Source of the DNA: Candidatus Eiseniibacteriota bacterium | Lineage (GTDB): Bacteria; Eisenbacteria; RBG-16-71-46 | NCBI GenBank assembly: GCA_963717935.1 | Contig: CAVQXP010000004.1 | Span: 1,920,001 to 1,984,000, forward strand | Length of the DNA stretch: 64,000 bases | Reading direction: 5' to 3' | Part shown: positions 34,501 through 45,953 of the stretch, piece by piece | Layout: each line of letters starts with the position of its first letter | How positions within the stretch are numbered: the first letter of the stretch is position 1 | Made by a program: the position numbers and the translations under genes | The notes under the pieces: model-generated | The model's input: only the letters and a program-made list of their open reading frames with translations | Told to the model about the DNA's origin: nothing | Database searches by the model: none

Positions 34501-35667
34501 GGCGGGGCACGGTGCGCGCGGACGGCGTCATCGACCTGGACGGTGGCCGGCTGAGGCACTACGCCTTCCACCTCGCCATGAACGGCTTCACCGTGGTGGA
34601 GCCCGGTCTCTACGCGGCGGAGTTCGACGCTCCCCGGCTGCATGGTCACGGACGGCCCGCGCCTGAATGGGCAGGTGCTGCCGCACGTGGAGGGCGACGT
34701 GACCCTGCGCGGGGCGCGCGTCCTGTTCGACTTCGCGAACCAGAGCGAGACGCAGCAGCTGGCCGCACGCACGCAGCCGCTCTACTGGACGTATCGCATC
34801 CGCCTGCTGGCGAACAGCAACCTCCGCTGGCAACCGCCCGACGGCGACATCGAGTTCAACGCCGACCTCACCGTCGAGCAGACCGAGAAGACCCTCGACA
34901 TCTTCGGGGACCTGAGCGCGATCCGCGGGACCTACGACTTCCTGAGCAACCGCTTCAACGTGGTGGTGGCGGATCTGACCTTCGACAACGTGGGGGGCGT
35001 CAATCCCACGCTGGACATCGAGGCCACGACCCGCGTGATGCCGATGCTCGGCATGGGCGGCAACGGGATGTCGACCGTGACCGGCGACGAGGGGAAGATG
35101 CACACCATCACCGTGCGCATCACGGGCCGGGCCGCCACGCCCACGATCGCGTTCGAGAGCGATCCGGCGGACTGGGACCAGCCCACCATCCTGAGCCAGT
35201 TGACGGTGGGGCGCTACGTGGCCGGCGGCACGGTGGTCGTCTCGCAGTTGAGCGACCCGCTCGACAGCTACGTGACGCGCATGATCAACGCGCAGCTCTC
35301 GCCGCTGCTGTCGCGCACGTTCCTGCGGGACGTCGGGCAGTGGCGGCTCGAGCGGCAGCAGGGCGGTCTTTTCGGTGGTCGGGGAGACGTGTTCGTGAGC
35401 GTTGCGCACCAGTTCAACCCGCGGGTCCTGGTGAGCTACAGCCAGCGGCTGCCGGGTTTCGAGCGCGGCGCCAGCCTCGGATCGGCGGGCACGGCGAACT
35501 CGATCGACCAGGGACTGCTGGAGCGCAACGTGGCCGCCGAGTACCGGCTCAATCGCTTCTTCTACATCACGACCGAGCTGGCCCAGCGGCGCACGCAGAC
35601 GACGACGGCGTTCCCGACGCTGGTTCCGGAGTTCAACGTGAACCTGAAGGCGCGCTGGGAGTACTAG
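31521..35667 (+). CDS. tamB: TamB/AsmA-like translocation and assembly module protein (frameshift near 34640)
   Basis: N-terminal TM anchor, long amphipathic beta repeats, DUF490-like end (RGTYDFL, NPTLDIEA, ITG..P..F.SDP), ends NLKARWEY. Confidence 0.82.
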
Positions 35668-35803
35668 CTGGACGATTCGCGACCCGGGTTCGTGGCGGCG
35701 GCCCATGGATCGTCCAGGCGGGAGGGGTGACGGCCGCGGGGGGGCGGAGCACGGGGGTGGAGTGCCGGGTCGGCATCTCGCCGGGTGTCGGAAGGGAGCT
35801 TCC

Positions 35804-38800
35804 ATGCACAGGATGAGGGTGGGCCTGGTGGGTCTGACAGTGCTGGTGGCCCTCGGGCTCGGGTCTGTCCCGGCGCGTGCGCAGTACTTCGGCCAGAACA
35901 AGGTCCAGTACCGGCGCTACTCCTGGCGAGTGGTCGAGTCCGACCACTTCCGGGTGTATTTCTACGGTGGACTCGACAGCCTCGCGATGCGCGTGCTCGA
36001 CCTGGCCGAGAAGACCGACGTCGTGTTCGCGCGCCGGATGGGGCACCAGTTGAGCCACCGCGTCCCGATCATCCTGTACGGGTCCCAGAACGAGTTCTCG
36101 CAGACCAACGTCACGCCGGAGCTGATCGGGGAGGGAACGGGCGGCTTCACCGAGCTCTTCCACAACCGCGTGGTGCTGCCGTTCACGGGGTCGTACGAGG
36201 AGCTGCGCCACGTCGTGGTGCACGAGCTGGCGCACGCCTTCCTGTTCGACATGCTGTACGGCGGGTCGGCTTCGCGGCTCCTGGCGCGGCAGTCGTTCTT
36301 CGCCACTCCCCTGTGGTTCGCCGAGGGGGTGGCGGAGTACCTGTCCCTCGGCATGGAGCCGAACGCCGCGATGTTCCTGCGCGACGGGATCATCGAGGGG
36401 TACCTGCCCCCGCTCGAGTACGCGGGCGGCTACCTGGTCTACAAGCAGGGGCAGTCCGCCATCGGCTACCTGGTGGACCGCTACGGCGAGGAGCGGCTGC
36501 GCGAGTTGCTGCGCCGCGTGCGGCAGTCACGGAGCTTCGACCGCGCGTTCCAGCGCGCCATGGGTCTTCCGGTGCGGACGTTCGACGAGCAGTGGCGAGA
36601 GTGGTTGCGCCGCGAATACTGGCCCGCGGTCGCGACCCGGCAGGACCCGGAGTACTTCGCACGGCGGCTCACCGACCACCGGCGTGACGGCAGCGGCCTG
36701 AACACGGCTCCGGCCATCTCGCCGCAGGGCGACCGCATCGCCTGGTTCTCGGACCGTCGCCAGTACACCGATGTCTACGTGATGTCGGCGTACGACGGGA
36801 AGGTGCTGCGCCGGATCATCCGGGGGGAGCGCAACGTGCAGTTCGAGGCCATCCCGTCCTTCCGCAGTTCGATCGCCTGGTCCCCGGACGGGCTGCGCCT
36901 CGCGCTCACGGCCAGAAGCGGGGGGCAAGATGCTCTCTACGTGGTCTCGGCGGCGGACGGGCGCGTGCTGAAGCGCATCGTGCTGGACTGCGATGCGCTC
37001 GCCTACCCGGCCTGGTCGCCCGTCGGGGAGAGCCTGGTGGTGGTGGGGGTGAAGGACGGCCGCTCCGATCTCTGGCTGGTGGACGTCGGCACCGGTGGCG
37101 CGCGCCGGCTCACGGCGGACGCCTGGGACGAGAAGGAGCCCTGCTGGACCCCGGACGGCCGGACCGTCACGTTCGCGTCCGACCGCCTGTTCCCCGTCGT
37201 GCTGCAGCCGGAGCGGACGCCGGAGGGCTTCGGTCGCTACGGCCTCTTCGACCTCGACCTGGCGAGCGGCGCGATCACCCGGCGCGTCGAGACGGCCGGT
37301 GACGACCATTCGCCGGCCTGGTCCCCGGACGGGCGCAAGCTGGCGTTCGTCTCCGATCGCGGCGGGGCCTCCGACATCCTGCTCTACGACACCGAGTCGC
37401 GCAGCTTCACCCAGCTCACGGACGTGCTGGGCGGGGTGTCGAGTCTGTCGTGGTCGCGGCAGGACGACCGCCTGGTGTTCTCGGCGTTCAACCGCGGTGG
37501 TTACGACGTGTTCGCCGTGCGGGAGCCCGTGTCGGTGGACGCGGTACTCGCCCGGTTGAGGCGGGAGACGCCGCAAGCCGTGATGAACGAGGTCGGGGTG
37601 CTGCAGCTGGCCGCAGACGGCGCCGGTCCCGCCCCGCCTCGGGGCGCGCTCGCGGAGACCCGGCGCGCGGAGCCGGGCCCGTGCGACGGCCTGGCCGGCC
37701 CGGCCGGGGCGCGTCCGGGCCCGGACACGACGGGAGCCCGCCCCGTGCGCCGTGATCTCGTCCTGCTGCCCAGCGAGACCGGCAGCCAGCGCTCGACGTT
37801 CCCGGTGTACGGCGACACCGTGCCCGTGCTGGCGACCCGCACGCCGCTGGTCGAGCGCGGCGGGCCGTTCGCGCTGCCCGACTCGGTGCTGGCGCAGACG
37901 CCGACGCCGTACCGGGTGCGGTTCTCGCCGGACTACGCCGGGGGCGGTATCCTCGCGGCCACGGGCTTCGGCTTCGTGGGGAGCGCCGCGTTCGCGTTCA
38001 GCGACTTCCTGGGGGACCAGCGGCTCTACCTGGCGGCCGACCTGTTCGGCGGCCCGCTCGAGGAGACGAACGCCCTGCTCCTCTACAGCTACCTGCCGCG
38101 GCGTTGGGACTTCACGGCGGGCCTGTTCCATTTCAAGAACTACCAGTCCGCGCGCGTCACGGGCACGGGGGAGGCGCTCGGCAGTCCCCGGCTCTTCTCC
38201 GAGCGCACGTTTGGCGCGCTCCTGGAGGCGTCGTGGCCCTTCGACCGCTTCCGCCGCCTCGACCTCGCCTTCACGCAGATGTTCGTCGAGCGCGTGTTCT
38301 TCGACGAGGGCGCACAGGGGGACGTGGCGCCCTCCGGCCGCCGCTACGAGTCGGTGAGCGCTCCATCCCTCTCGGTGGCGGGCGACAACACGCTGTGGGG
38401 CTCGACCGGGCCGGTGAATGGCGGGCGTTCGAACCTCACGTTCAGCCCCTCGTTCGGGTGGCTGGCGCGCGGGCTCTCGTACCGGACGGTGACGCTGGAC
38501 GCCCGCCGCTACTGGGACCTGCCCGGCAGCTACACGTTCGCCGCGCGGGCGCTGGCCGGTCGCAGCGACGGCCGCGATGCGCAGACGTTCTTCGTGGGTG
38601 GCTTCTCCACGCTTCGAGGGTTCCCTCACTACGAGATCACGGGCACGCGCCTGGCCATCGTGAACGCCGAGTTGCGCTTTCCGTTCATCGAGCGTTTCGG
38701 TGTGGTGGGGCCGTTGCCCCTCGGGAGGCTCGACCTGCGCGGCGCGCTCTTCGCCGACGCGGGACTGGTGTGGGATCGGGGTGAGCCGCTGCGGTTCACG

Positions 38801-38968
38801 CGCGTGGTGCGCGGCGAGCGCCGCCTCGCCAGCCCGCTGGCGAGCTTCGGCACCGGGTTGCGCACCAATCTCGGCTTCATGGTCCTGAAGGCCGACGCCG
38901 CCTGGCAGACCGATCTCGCGAGCGTGGGGCGGCCGCGCTGGGAGTTCAGCATCGGGCCGGAGTTCTAG
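35804..38968 (+). CDS. Secreted zinc metallopeptidase-like domain + TolB-like (PD40) beta-propeller + Omp85 barrel fusion
   Basis: Signal peptide then QYFGQNKVQY, HELAH and WFAEGVAEY, repeated P.WSPDG, GGFSTLRGF, C-terminal WEFSIGPEF. Confidence 0.82.
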   Translation: MHRMRVGLVGLTVLVALGLGSVPARAQYFGQNKVQYRRYSWRVVESDHFRVYFYGGLDSLAMRVLDLAEKTDVVFARRMGHQLSHRVPIILYGSQNEFSQTNVTPELIGEGTGGFTELFHNRVVLPFTGSYEELRHVVVHELAHAFLFDMLYGGSASRLLARQSFFATPLWFAEGVAEYLSLGMEPNAAMFLRDGIIEGYLPPLEYAGGYLVYKQGQSAIGYLVDRYGEERLRELLRRVRQSRSFDRAFQRAMGLPVRTFDEQWREWLRREYWPAVATRQDPEYFARRLTDHRRDGSGLNTAPAISPQGDRIAWFSDRRQYTDVYVMSAYDGKVLRRIIRGERNVQFEAIPSFRSSIAWSPDGLRLALTARSGGQDALYVVSAADGRVLKRIVLDCDALAYPAWSPVGESLVVVGVKDGRSDLWLVDVGTGGARRLTADAWDEKEPCWTPDGRTVTFASDRLFPVVLQPERTPEGFGRYGLFDLDLASGAITRRVETAGDDHSPAWSPDGRKLAFVSDRGGASDILLYDTESRSFTQLTDVLGGVSSLSWSRQDDRLVFSAFNRGGYDVFAVREPVSVDAVLARLRRETPQAVMNEVGVLQLAADGAGPAPPRGALAETRRAEPGPCDGLAGPAGARPGPDTTGARPVRRDLVLLPSETGSQRSTFPVYGDTVPVLATRTPLVERGGPFALPDSVLAQTPTPYRVRFSPDYAGGGILAATGFGFVGSAAFAFSDFLGDQRLYLAADLFGGPLEETNALLLYSYLPRRWDFTAGLFHFKNYQSARVTGTGEALGSPRLFSERTFGALLEASWPFDRFRRLDLAFTQMFVERVFFDEGAQGDVAPSGRRYESVSAPSLSVAGDNTLWGSTGPVNGGRSNLTFSPSFGWLARGLSYRTVTLDARRYWDLPGSYTFAARALAGRSDGRDAQTFFVGGFSTLRGFPHYEITGTRLAIVNAELRFPFIERFGVVGPLPLGRLDLRGALFADAGLVWDRGEPLRFTRVVRGERRLASPLASFGTGLRTNLGFMVLKADAAWQTDLASVGRPRWEFSIGPEF

Positions 38969-39049
38969 CCCGGAGGTTGGACGGCCTCTGGCCGTTCGGC
39001 TAGATTGCGGGCGTTCCCCGCGACCGGCCCTCCGACCCGACGAGCGCCC

Positions 39050-41314
39050 TTGGACCTCCTCGAGAGCCTCAATCCCGAACAGCGCGCTGCCGTCGAGCAC
39101 CCCGGCGGGGCCCTGCTCGTGATCGCGGGCGCCGGGAGCGGCAAGACGCGTGTGCTGACGGCCAGGGTCGCGCGGCTGCTCGCGAATGGCGTGCCCCCGC
39201 GGGCGGTCCTCGCGTTCACGTTCACCAACCGGGCCGCGCGGGAGATGCGGGCGCGCATCGACGCCGCGATCGGGGCGCCCGCGTCACCGGATGGGGCGGC
39301 CCGCGAGCTGTGGGTGGGCACGTTCCACGCCACCTGTGTGCGTCTCCTGCGGCGCGAGGCGGAGGCCGCCGGCATCCCGCGCGGGTTCGCGATCTACGAT
39401 CGCGAAGACCAGGAGGGCGTGATCCGGGGCCTGGTGAAGAAGCTCGAACTGCCGGAGGCCGCCTTCCGGATCGGGGCGGTGCTCGCGCGCATCTCGGACG
39501 CGAAGAACGCGCTGGTGGGGCCGACGGAGTTCGAGCGGGTGGCGGCGAGCCCCCACGAGCGCCGGCTGGCGGAGCTCTACGGGCTCTACCAGAAGGAGCT
39601 GGCGCGCAACGGGGCGCTCGACTTCGATGACCTGATCGGCACGACGGTGCGGCTGCTGCAGGAGCGGCCCGACGTGGCCGAGCGCTACGGACGGCGTTTC
39701 CAGCACGTGCTGGTGGACGAGTACCAGGACACGAACCACGCCCAGTTCCGCCTGGTGCACGCGCTGGCCGCGGTGCACGGAAACCTGTTCGTGGTGGGCG
39801 ACGACGACCAGTCGATCTACGGCTGGCGGGGCGCGGACCTGTCGAACGTGCTCGAGTTCGAGCGGGCCTTCCCGGGGGCGACGGTGCTGCGCCTCGAGCA
39901 GAACTACCGCTCGACCGGCAACATCCTGCGCGCGGCTAACGCGGTGATCGCGCACAACCGGGCGCGCAAGGGGAAGACGCTGTGGTGCGAGCGGGAGGAG
40001 GGGGCCCGGCTGCGTTTCGCGCTGGCATCGGACGAGTCCGACGAGGCGCGGCGCGTGCGGTGCTTCCTCGAGGAGCGCGTACGGCGCGGCGGTCGTCTGG
40101 ACGAGGCCGCCGTGCTGTACCGCACGAACGCCCAGTCGCGCGCGCTCGAGTCCGAGCTGCGCCAGCAGGGCATGGCCTACGAGATGGTGGGTGGGGTGTC
40201 CTTCTACCAGCGGCGTGAGGTGAAGGACCTGCTGGCCTACCTGCGGCTCGCGGTCAATCCCGCCGACGCAGTGGCGTTCTGGCGCGTCTGGAATACGCCG
40301 CGGCGCGGCCTGGGGCGGGCGGTGCGGGCGGAGGTCGAGGCGGTGATGTCCGGGCGCGGTGTCACGCCGGTCGAGGCGCTGCGGGCGCTCGCCCGGGAGG
40401 GCGCGCTCGCGCGTGCCGCGGCGCAGGGCGCCGACCGCCTGCTCGGCGTGCTGGACGAGCTGTCTGCGCGCCTCGAGGACCCGGTGGACGTGCTCTTCAT
40501 GCGCCTGCTGGCCGGCACGGATTACCTGCGTCACCTCGAGTCGCTGGGAGAGGAGGACTACGAGGACCGGCGCGCCAACGTGGAGGAAGTGGCGGCGACG
40601 GCGGGTGGCTTCGCGGCGCGCGGCGGCGGCACGCTCGTGGATTTCCTCGCGGAGACGGCGCTGCTCACCGACGCGGATCGGCTGGCCGAGGGCGCGGACC
40701 GCGTGCTGCTGCTGACGGCGCACAACGCGAAGGGCCTCGAGTTCGACGCGGTCGTGGTGACGGGTCTCGAGGAGGGGCTCTTCCCGCATGGCTCCGCGCT
40801 CGAGGACGAGGCCGAGCTGGAGGAGGAGCGGCGGCTGTTCTACGTGGCCATCACCCGGGCGCGTGACGAGGTGCTGCTCACGGCGGCCGCGACCCGGCGG
40901 CGCTTCGGCGCGCTGGGTGGCCCGCTGGGCGGGCAGGTGTCGCGCTTCGTGGAGGAGGTCCCGGCGGAACTGTTGGAGCGCGAAGTCGCGCCGGCCCTCG
41001 CGTGGCAGCCGCAAGGGCGTGGAGCGGGTTGGGAGGGCGAGGGGGCGAGGCGGCGTCCGGGCGCGTCGGCCGGGGCTGCGCGGGGCGTGGCGGGCCGGCG
41101 CGGGCGAGGTCGCGCGACCGAGCCGGCAGGGCGCACGGGCACCCTGCACCGCGTCATCGGCCGGGAGGTCTATCACGAGATCTTCGGGCGGGGTATCGTG
41201 GTGGACGCGGAGGGCGGGGGCGGTGACCTCAAGTGCACCGTGCGCTTCGCCTCGGGCACGAAGAAGGTCATGGGGCGGTTCCTGACGGGAGGAAGCGATG
41301 GCGATCCCGCGTGA
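39050..41314 (+). CDS. pcrA: ATP-dependent DNA helicase PcrA/UvrD
   Basis: AGAGSGKT, FTNRAA, VDEYQD, VGDDDQSIY, LEQNYRS, HNAKGLEF, EEERRLFYVAITRA, C-terminal Tudor-like domain. Confidence 0.95.
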   Translation: MDLLESLNPEQRAAVEHPGGALLVIAGAGSGKTRVLTARVARLLANGVPPRAVLAFTFTNRAAREMRARIDAAIGAPASPDGAARELWVGTFHATCVRLLRREAEAAGIPRGFAIYDREDQEGVIRGLVKKLELPEAAFRIGAVLARISDAKNALVGPTEFERVAASPHERRLAELYGLYQKELARNGALDFDDLIGTTVRLLQERPDVAERYGRRFQHVLVDEYQDTNHAQFRLVHALAAVHGNLFVVGDDDQSIYGWRGADLSNVLEFERAFPGATVLRLEQNYRSTGNILRAANAVIAHNRARKGKTLWCEREEGARLRFALASDESDEARRVRCFLEERVRRGGRLDEAAVLYRTNAQSRALESELRQQGMAYEMVGGVSFYQRREVKDLLAYLRLAVNPADAVAFWRVWNTPRRGLGRAVRAEVEAVMSGRGVTPVEALRALAREGALARAAAQGADRLLGVLDELSARLEDPVDVLFMRLLAGTDYLRHLESLGEEDYEDRRANVEEVAATAGGFAARGGGTLVDFLAETALLTDADRLAEGADRVLLLTAHNAKGLEFDAVVVTGLEEGLFPHGSALEDEAELEEERRLFYVAITRARDEVLLTAAATRRRFGALGGPLGGQVSRFVEEVPAELLEREVAPALAWQPQGRGAGWEGEGARRRPGASAGAARGVAGRRGRGRATEPAGRTGTLHRVIGREVYHEIFGRGIVVDAEGGGGDLKCTVRFASGTKKVMGRFLTGGSDGDPA

Positions 41315-41597
41315 CGAGGTCCGGCGGATCGCGGAGCTGGCGCGGCTCGAGGTCCGGGAGGAGGACCTGGATCGCGTGGCGGCCGAACTCTCCGCGGTGC
41401 TCGACTACGCGCAGGCCCTGAAGCGCCTCGACCTGGCGGGCTGCGAGCCGCTGCGGTTCGCCCCGCCCGGGGCGGCGCTGCGGGCCGACGAGCCGGACGG
41501 CCGGCGTCTCACGGTGGAGCAGGCGCTCGCGATGGCGCCCGAGGCGGAGGGGGGATTCTTCGTGGCGCCACCCGTGATGGGAGGGCCGGAGCCGTGA
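41298..41597 (+). CDS. gatC: Asp/Glu-tRNA amidotransferase subunit C
   Basis: [21 protein letters not shown]; precedes gatA. Confidence 0.9.
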   Translation: MAIPRDEVRRIAELARLEVREEDLDRVAAELSAVLDYAQALKRLDLAGCEPLRFAPPGAALRADEPDGRRLTVEQALAMAPEAEGGFFVAPPVMGGPEP

Positions 41598-43084
41598 ACG
41601 GGCGTGAGCTGTGGCGCCTCCCGGCGCGGGCGCTGGCGGCGGCGGTGCGCGCGGGCGAGTGCACGGCGCTCGACGCCGTCTCGGCCGGCTGGGACGGGCC
41701 GGCCGGCCGATCTGGGAGCGCGACGTGCACGCGGTCGCGCACTCGGACCGCGGAGGCGCGGGCGGCGGGCGCCGGGGTGGCGCCGCCCGGGCCGCTGGCG
41801 GGCGTGCCGGTCGTGGTCAAGGACAACCTCTGCACGCGCGACTACCCGACGACCTGCTGCTCGCGGATCCTCGCCGGCTACCAGCCGCCTTACGACGCCA
41901 CCGTGGTGCGGCGGCTGCGTGAGGCCGGCGGGGTCATCAGCGGCAAGGGCAACATGGACGAGTTCGCGATGGGCTCGTCGACGGAGTTCTCCTGCTATGG
42001 CCCGACGCGCAATCCGTACGACCTCGCGCGCGTGCCCGGCGGCTCGAGCGGCGGGCCCGGCCGCGGCCGTCGCCTACGGTCTCGCGCCGCTGGCCCTGGG
42101 CAGCGACACCGGCGGATCGGTGCGGCAGCCGGCGGCTTTCTGCGGGGTGGTCGGCCTCAAGCCCACCTACGGACGGCTCTCTCGCTACGGGCTGGTGGCG
42201 TTCGGCTCGTCGCTCGACCAGGTGGGCATCTTCGGCCGCGACGTCGCGGACGTGGCGCTGCTCTACGCGCTGCTGGCGGGCCCGGATCCGCTCGACGCCA
42301 CCTCGCGGCCCGGTCCGGCCGCCGGACGTGAGCGGCTGGGACGAGCGGGGTGGAGGGCCTGCGCTTCGGCTGGCCCGCCAACCTGTGGCGGGAGGGTGTG
42401 GAGCGACGAGGTGGTGGCGGGACTCGAGGAGGCCGCGGCCTGGCTGGAGCGGGCCGGGGCGCGGCGTGTCCCGTTCGACTTCCTGCCGGGTGAGTACGCG
42501 GTCGCTACCTACTATCTGGTGGCCACGGCGGAGGCCAGCTCGAACCTGGCGCGCTTCGACGGCGTGCGCTACGGGCACCGCGACCGCCGAGAGCCCCGAC
42601 CTGGCCGCGCTCGTACACGCGCACCCGCAGCGCCGGCTTCGGTGCGGAGGTGCAGCGCCGCATCCTGCTCGGCACCTACGCGCTGTCGGCCGGGCTACCG
42701 CGACGAGTACTACGTCACGGCCCAGCGGGCGCGCGCGCGGATCCGGCGGGAGTACGAGGCGGCGTTCGCGCGCTGCGACCTGTTGCTCATGCCGGTGGCG
42801 CCGACGCTGCCGTTCCGGCTGGGGGAGAAGCTGGACGACCCGCTGGCGATGTACCTGAGCGACATCTTCACGCTCGGCGCGAACCTCGCAGGCATGCCCG
42901 GGGCTGAGCGCGCCGGTCAGCGCCGGCGGCGGCGGGACTGCCGCGGGCGCGTGCAGCTGCTCGGTCCGGACGATGGCGAGGCGCGTCGCTGCTGCGCGCC
43001 GCGCGCGCGCTGGAGGTGCAGGGCGCACGGGCGCGGCTCGAACGCTCTCACGAAGTGGAGTTCAGATGGCCCACGAAGCGGTGA
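41594..43084 (+). CDS. gatA: Asp/Glu-tRNA amidotransferase subunit A (multiple frameshifts)
   Basis: [53 protein letters not shown]. Confidence 0.93.
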
Positions 43085-44561
43085 TCGGGCTGGAGTGCCA
43101 CATCCAGCTGCGTACCCGCGGGAAGATGTTCTGCGGCTGCCCGGCGGAGTTACGGCGCTGCGCCCGATACGAACGTCTGCCCGGTGTGCCTCGGCCTGCC
43201 GGGTGCGCTCCCGCGAGCGAACCACGCGGTGGTCGAGGCTGGCGCTGCGGCTCGGGCTGGCGCTGGGATGCGCGATCCGCGAGGAGCAGCGTCTTCGCGC
43301 GCAAGCACTACTTCTACCCGGATAGCCCGAAGGACTACCAGATCACGCAGTACGACCGGCCGTTCTGCGTGGGCGGGTCCCTGCCGGTGGACGTTGCAGG
43401 CGCGGAGCGCCGCTTCGAGCTGGAACGGCTTCACCTGGAGGAGGACACGGGGAAGTCGTCGCATCCGGTGCGCGCAGGCGATCGGCCGTTCTCGCTGGCT
43501 GGACTTCAACCGGGCGGGCGTGCCGCTGCTCGAGCTGGTGACGAAGCCCGTGTTCCGGGAGCCCGCTGAATGCGCCGCCTTCCTCGCGGCCCTGCGCCGG
43601 CTGGTGCGCTGGCTCGACGTCTCGGACGGAGACATGGAGAAGGGGCAGTTGCGCTGCGATGCGAACGTGAGCCTGCGGCCGGCGGGTGGTGCGGGGCTGG
43701 GGGTCAAGACCGAGCTGAAGAACCTGAACTCGATCCGGGGGGTCGAGAAGGGCCTCGTGGCCGAGATCGCCCGGCAGCGGCGGCTGCTGGAGGCGGGCGG
43801 GGAGGTCGAGCAGGCCACGTTGCTGTACGACGTCGAGCACGACCGCCTCGCGGTGTTGCGCTCGAAGGAGGAGCGCTCACGACTATCGCTACTTCCCCGA
43901 GCCGGACCTGCCGCTGCTGCGCGTGGAGGCGCCCGCGCTCGAGGCGGCGCGCGCGGGGCTGCCCGAGCTGCCGTGGGCGCGCGCGTCGCGCCTGGTCGCG
44001 CGATACGGGCTGTCCGCGCACGATGCCTCGGTGCTCTGCGGACAGCGGGAGCTCGCGGACTACTTCGAGGCCTGCGCCGCGGTCGCGGAAGGCAGGCTGT
44101 CCGGCAACTGGGTGATGACGGAGGTGCTGCGCGTGCTGCGCGAGCGCGGTGGCTCGATCGCGGACTTCGCGGCCCGCGTGCCGGCGGTCCGGCTGGGTGG
44201 CCTCGTCGCGCGGGTGGCCGCGAAGGAGATGCCCGGGGCCGCTCGCGAAGCAGGTCTTCGGGTGGATGCTGGAGGAAGCGGGCGGGGTGGACGAGCTCCT
44301 CGCCGCGCCACGGCGTCCGCGCGATGGGCGCCGCGACCGATCTGCGGCCCGCTCGTGCTGGAAGTGCTCGCGGAGCACGACGGGGCGGTGGCGCAGGTGC
44401 CGGCCGGGAACTCGCGGACGTTCGACTTCCTGGTCGGCCAGGTCATGAAGAAGAGCCGTGGGCAGGCGGCGCCGCAGGTGGTGCAGGGACTGCTCGCGGC
44501 AGAGCTGGCGCGGCGCGCCGCCGGCGACGCCCCGGACCGCGTCGGGGGGGGCGGTCCTTGA
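43066..44561 (+). CDS. gatB: Asp/Glu-tRNA amidotransferase subunit B (multiple frameshifts)
   Basis: [52 protein letters not shown]. Confidence 0.93.
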
Positions 44562-44587
44562 CCCTCGCGCGACGCGCTGGATAGAGT
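44558..44587 (+). promoter_or_regulatory. Putative sigma70 promoter of a leaderless purD
   Basis: TTGACC-18 nt-TAGAGT, 6 nt, then ATG. Confidence 0.6.
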
Positions 44588-44593
44588 CGCCGG

Positions 44594-45953
44594 ATGGACG
44601 TTCGCCGCATCCTCGTCGTCGGCTCGGGCGGGCGCGAGCACGCGCTGGCCTGGCGTCTCGCCCGGGACCCGGAGACCACGGAGGTGCTCGTGGCCCCCGG
44701 GAACGAGGCGATGGAGGATGTCGCGCGGCGCCTGCCGGAACTGGCGCTGGACGGCCCGGCGGTCGTCGCAGCCTGTCGTCGCGAGCGCGTGGACCTCGTG
44801 GTGATCGGTCCGGAGGCGCCTCTGGCCGCGGGGCTTGCCGATGAGCTGGGCGCTGCCGGCGTGGCTCGTGTACGGCCCGGGACGCGAGGCCGCACGCCTC
44901 GAGTCGAGCAAGTGGTTCGCGAAAGGCGTGATGCGCGAGGCCGGCACGCCGACGGCGGCAGCGGACGCCTTCAGCGCCTTCGAGCCGGCGCGCCGGGCGC
45001 TCGGGCGCTCCGGCCCGCCGTGGGTGATCAAGGCGGACGGGCTCGCAGCCGGCAAGGGCGTGTGTGTGACCGTGGAGCGCGCCGAGGCGGAGGCCTTCCT
45101 GGCGGACTGCTTCGAGGCGGGGCGCTTCGGTGAGAGCGGTCGCCGGGTGCTGATCGAGGAGTTCCTCGAAGGCGAGGAGGCCTCGGTGATGGCGGTATGC
45201 GACGGGCGCGATTTCGTCCTGCTGCCGGCGGCGCGCGACTACAAGCGGGCCTTCGACGGCGACCGGGGCCCGAACACCGGGGGCATGGGAGCGTATGCGC
45301 CCAGTGAGTGGGTGGACGCGGCGCTCGAGGACGGGGTCGGGCGCGGGATCGTCACGCCCGTGCTCGAGACTCTGAGACGGCGCGGGACGCCGTTCCACGG
45401 TACGTTGTATTGTGGTCTGATGCTGACGGGGGACGGGCCGCGCGTGGTGGAATTCAACGTCCGCTTCGGGGACCCGGAGACGGAGGTCGTGCTGCCACTG
45501 GTGGAGGGTGCGCTCGGGCGCCTGCTGGCGAGCGCCGCGCGTGGCGCCCTCGATCACGGTGCGGTGACACGCGGCCGGGGCAGTGTGGTGGCCGTGGCGC
45601 TCGCGGACGCGGGTTACCCGGACGTCGTGCGGGGGGGCGGGCGGATCACGGGACTGGGGGGCCTGCGGGGCCGGGAAGACGTGATGGTCTTCCACGCGGG
45701 GACCCGGCGCCTGGGCGAGGAGTGGCAGGTGGTGGGGGGGCGGGCGGTGTACGTGGTCGCGCGCTCCGCCACGCGCGAGGAGGCGCGGGCGCGCGTGTAT
45801 GGAGCGCTCGCGGGACTGGGTGGCTCCGGCTGGCGCGTGCGCGGTGACATCGCGACGGTGCCCGGCGTGGTCCCCACCGGACACCCGCTGCAGGCGGACG
45901 GCGGGCCGGCGCTTCAGTCCGGCCCTGGAAGGAGAATCGATGGCGGTGCGTGA
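44594..45953 (+). CDS. purD: Phosphoribosylamine-glycine ligase (frameshift near 44870)
   Basis: GSGGREHALA, IKADGLAAGKGV, GPNTGGMGAY, EFNVRFGDPE. Confidence 0.96.
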
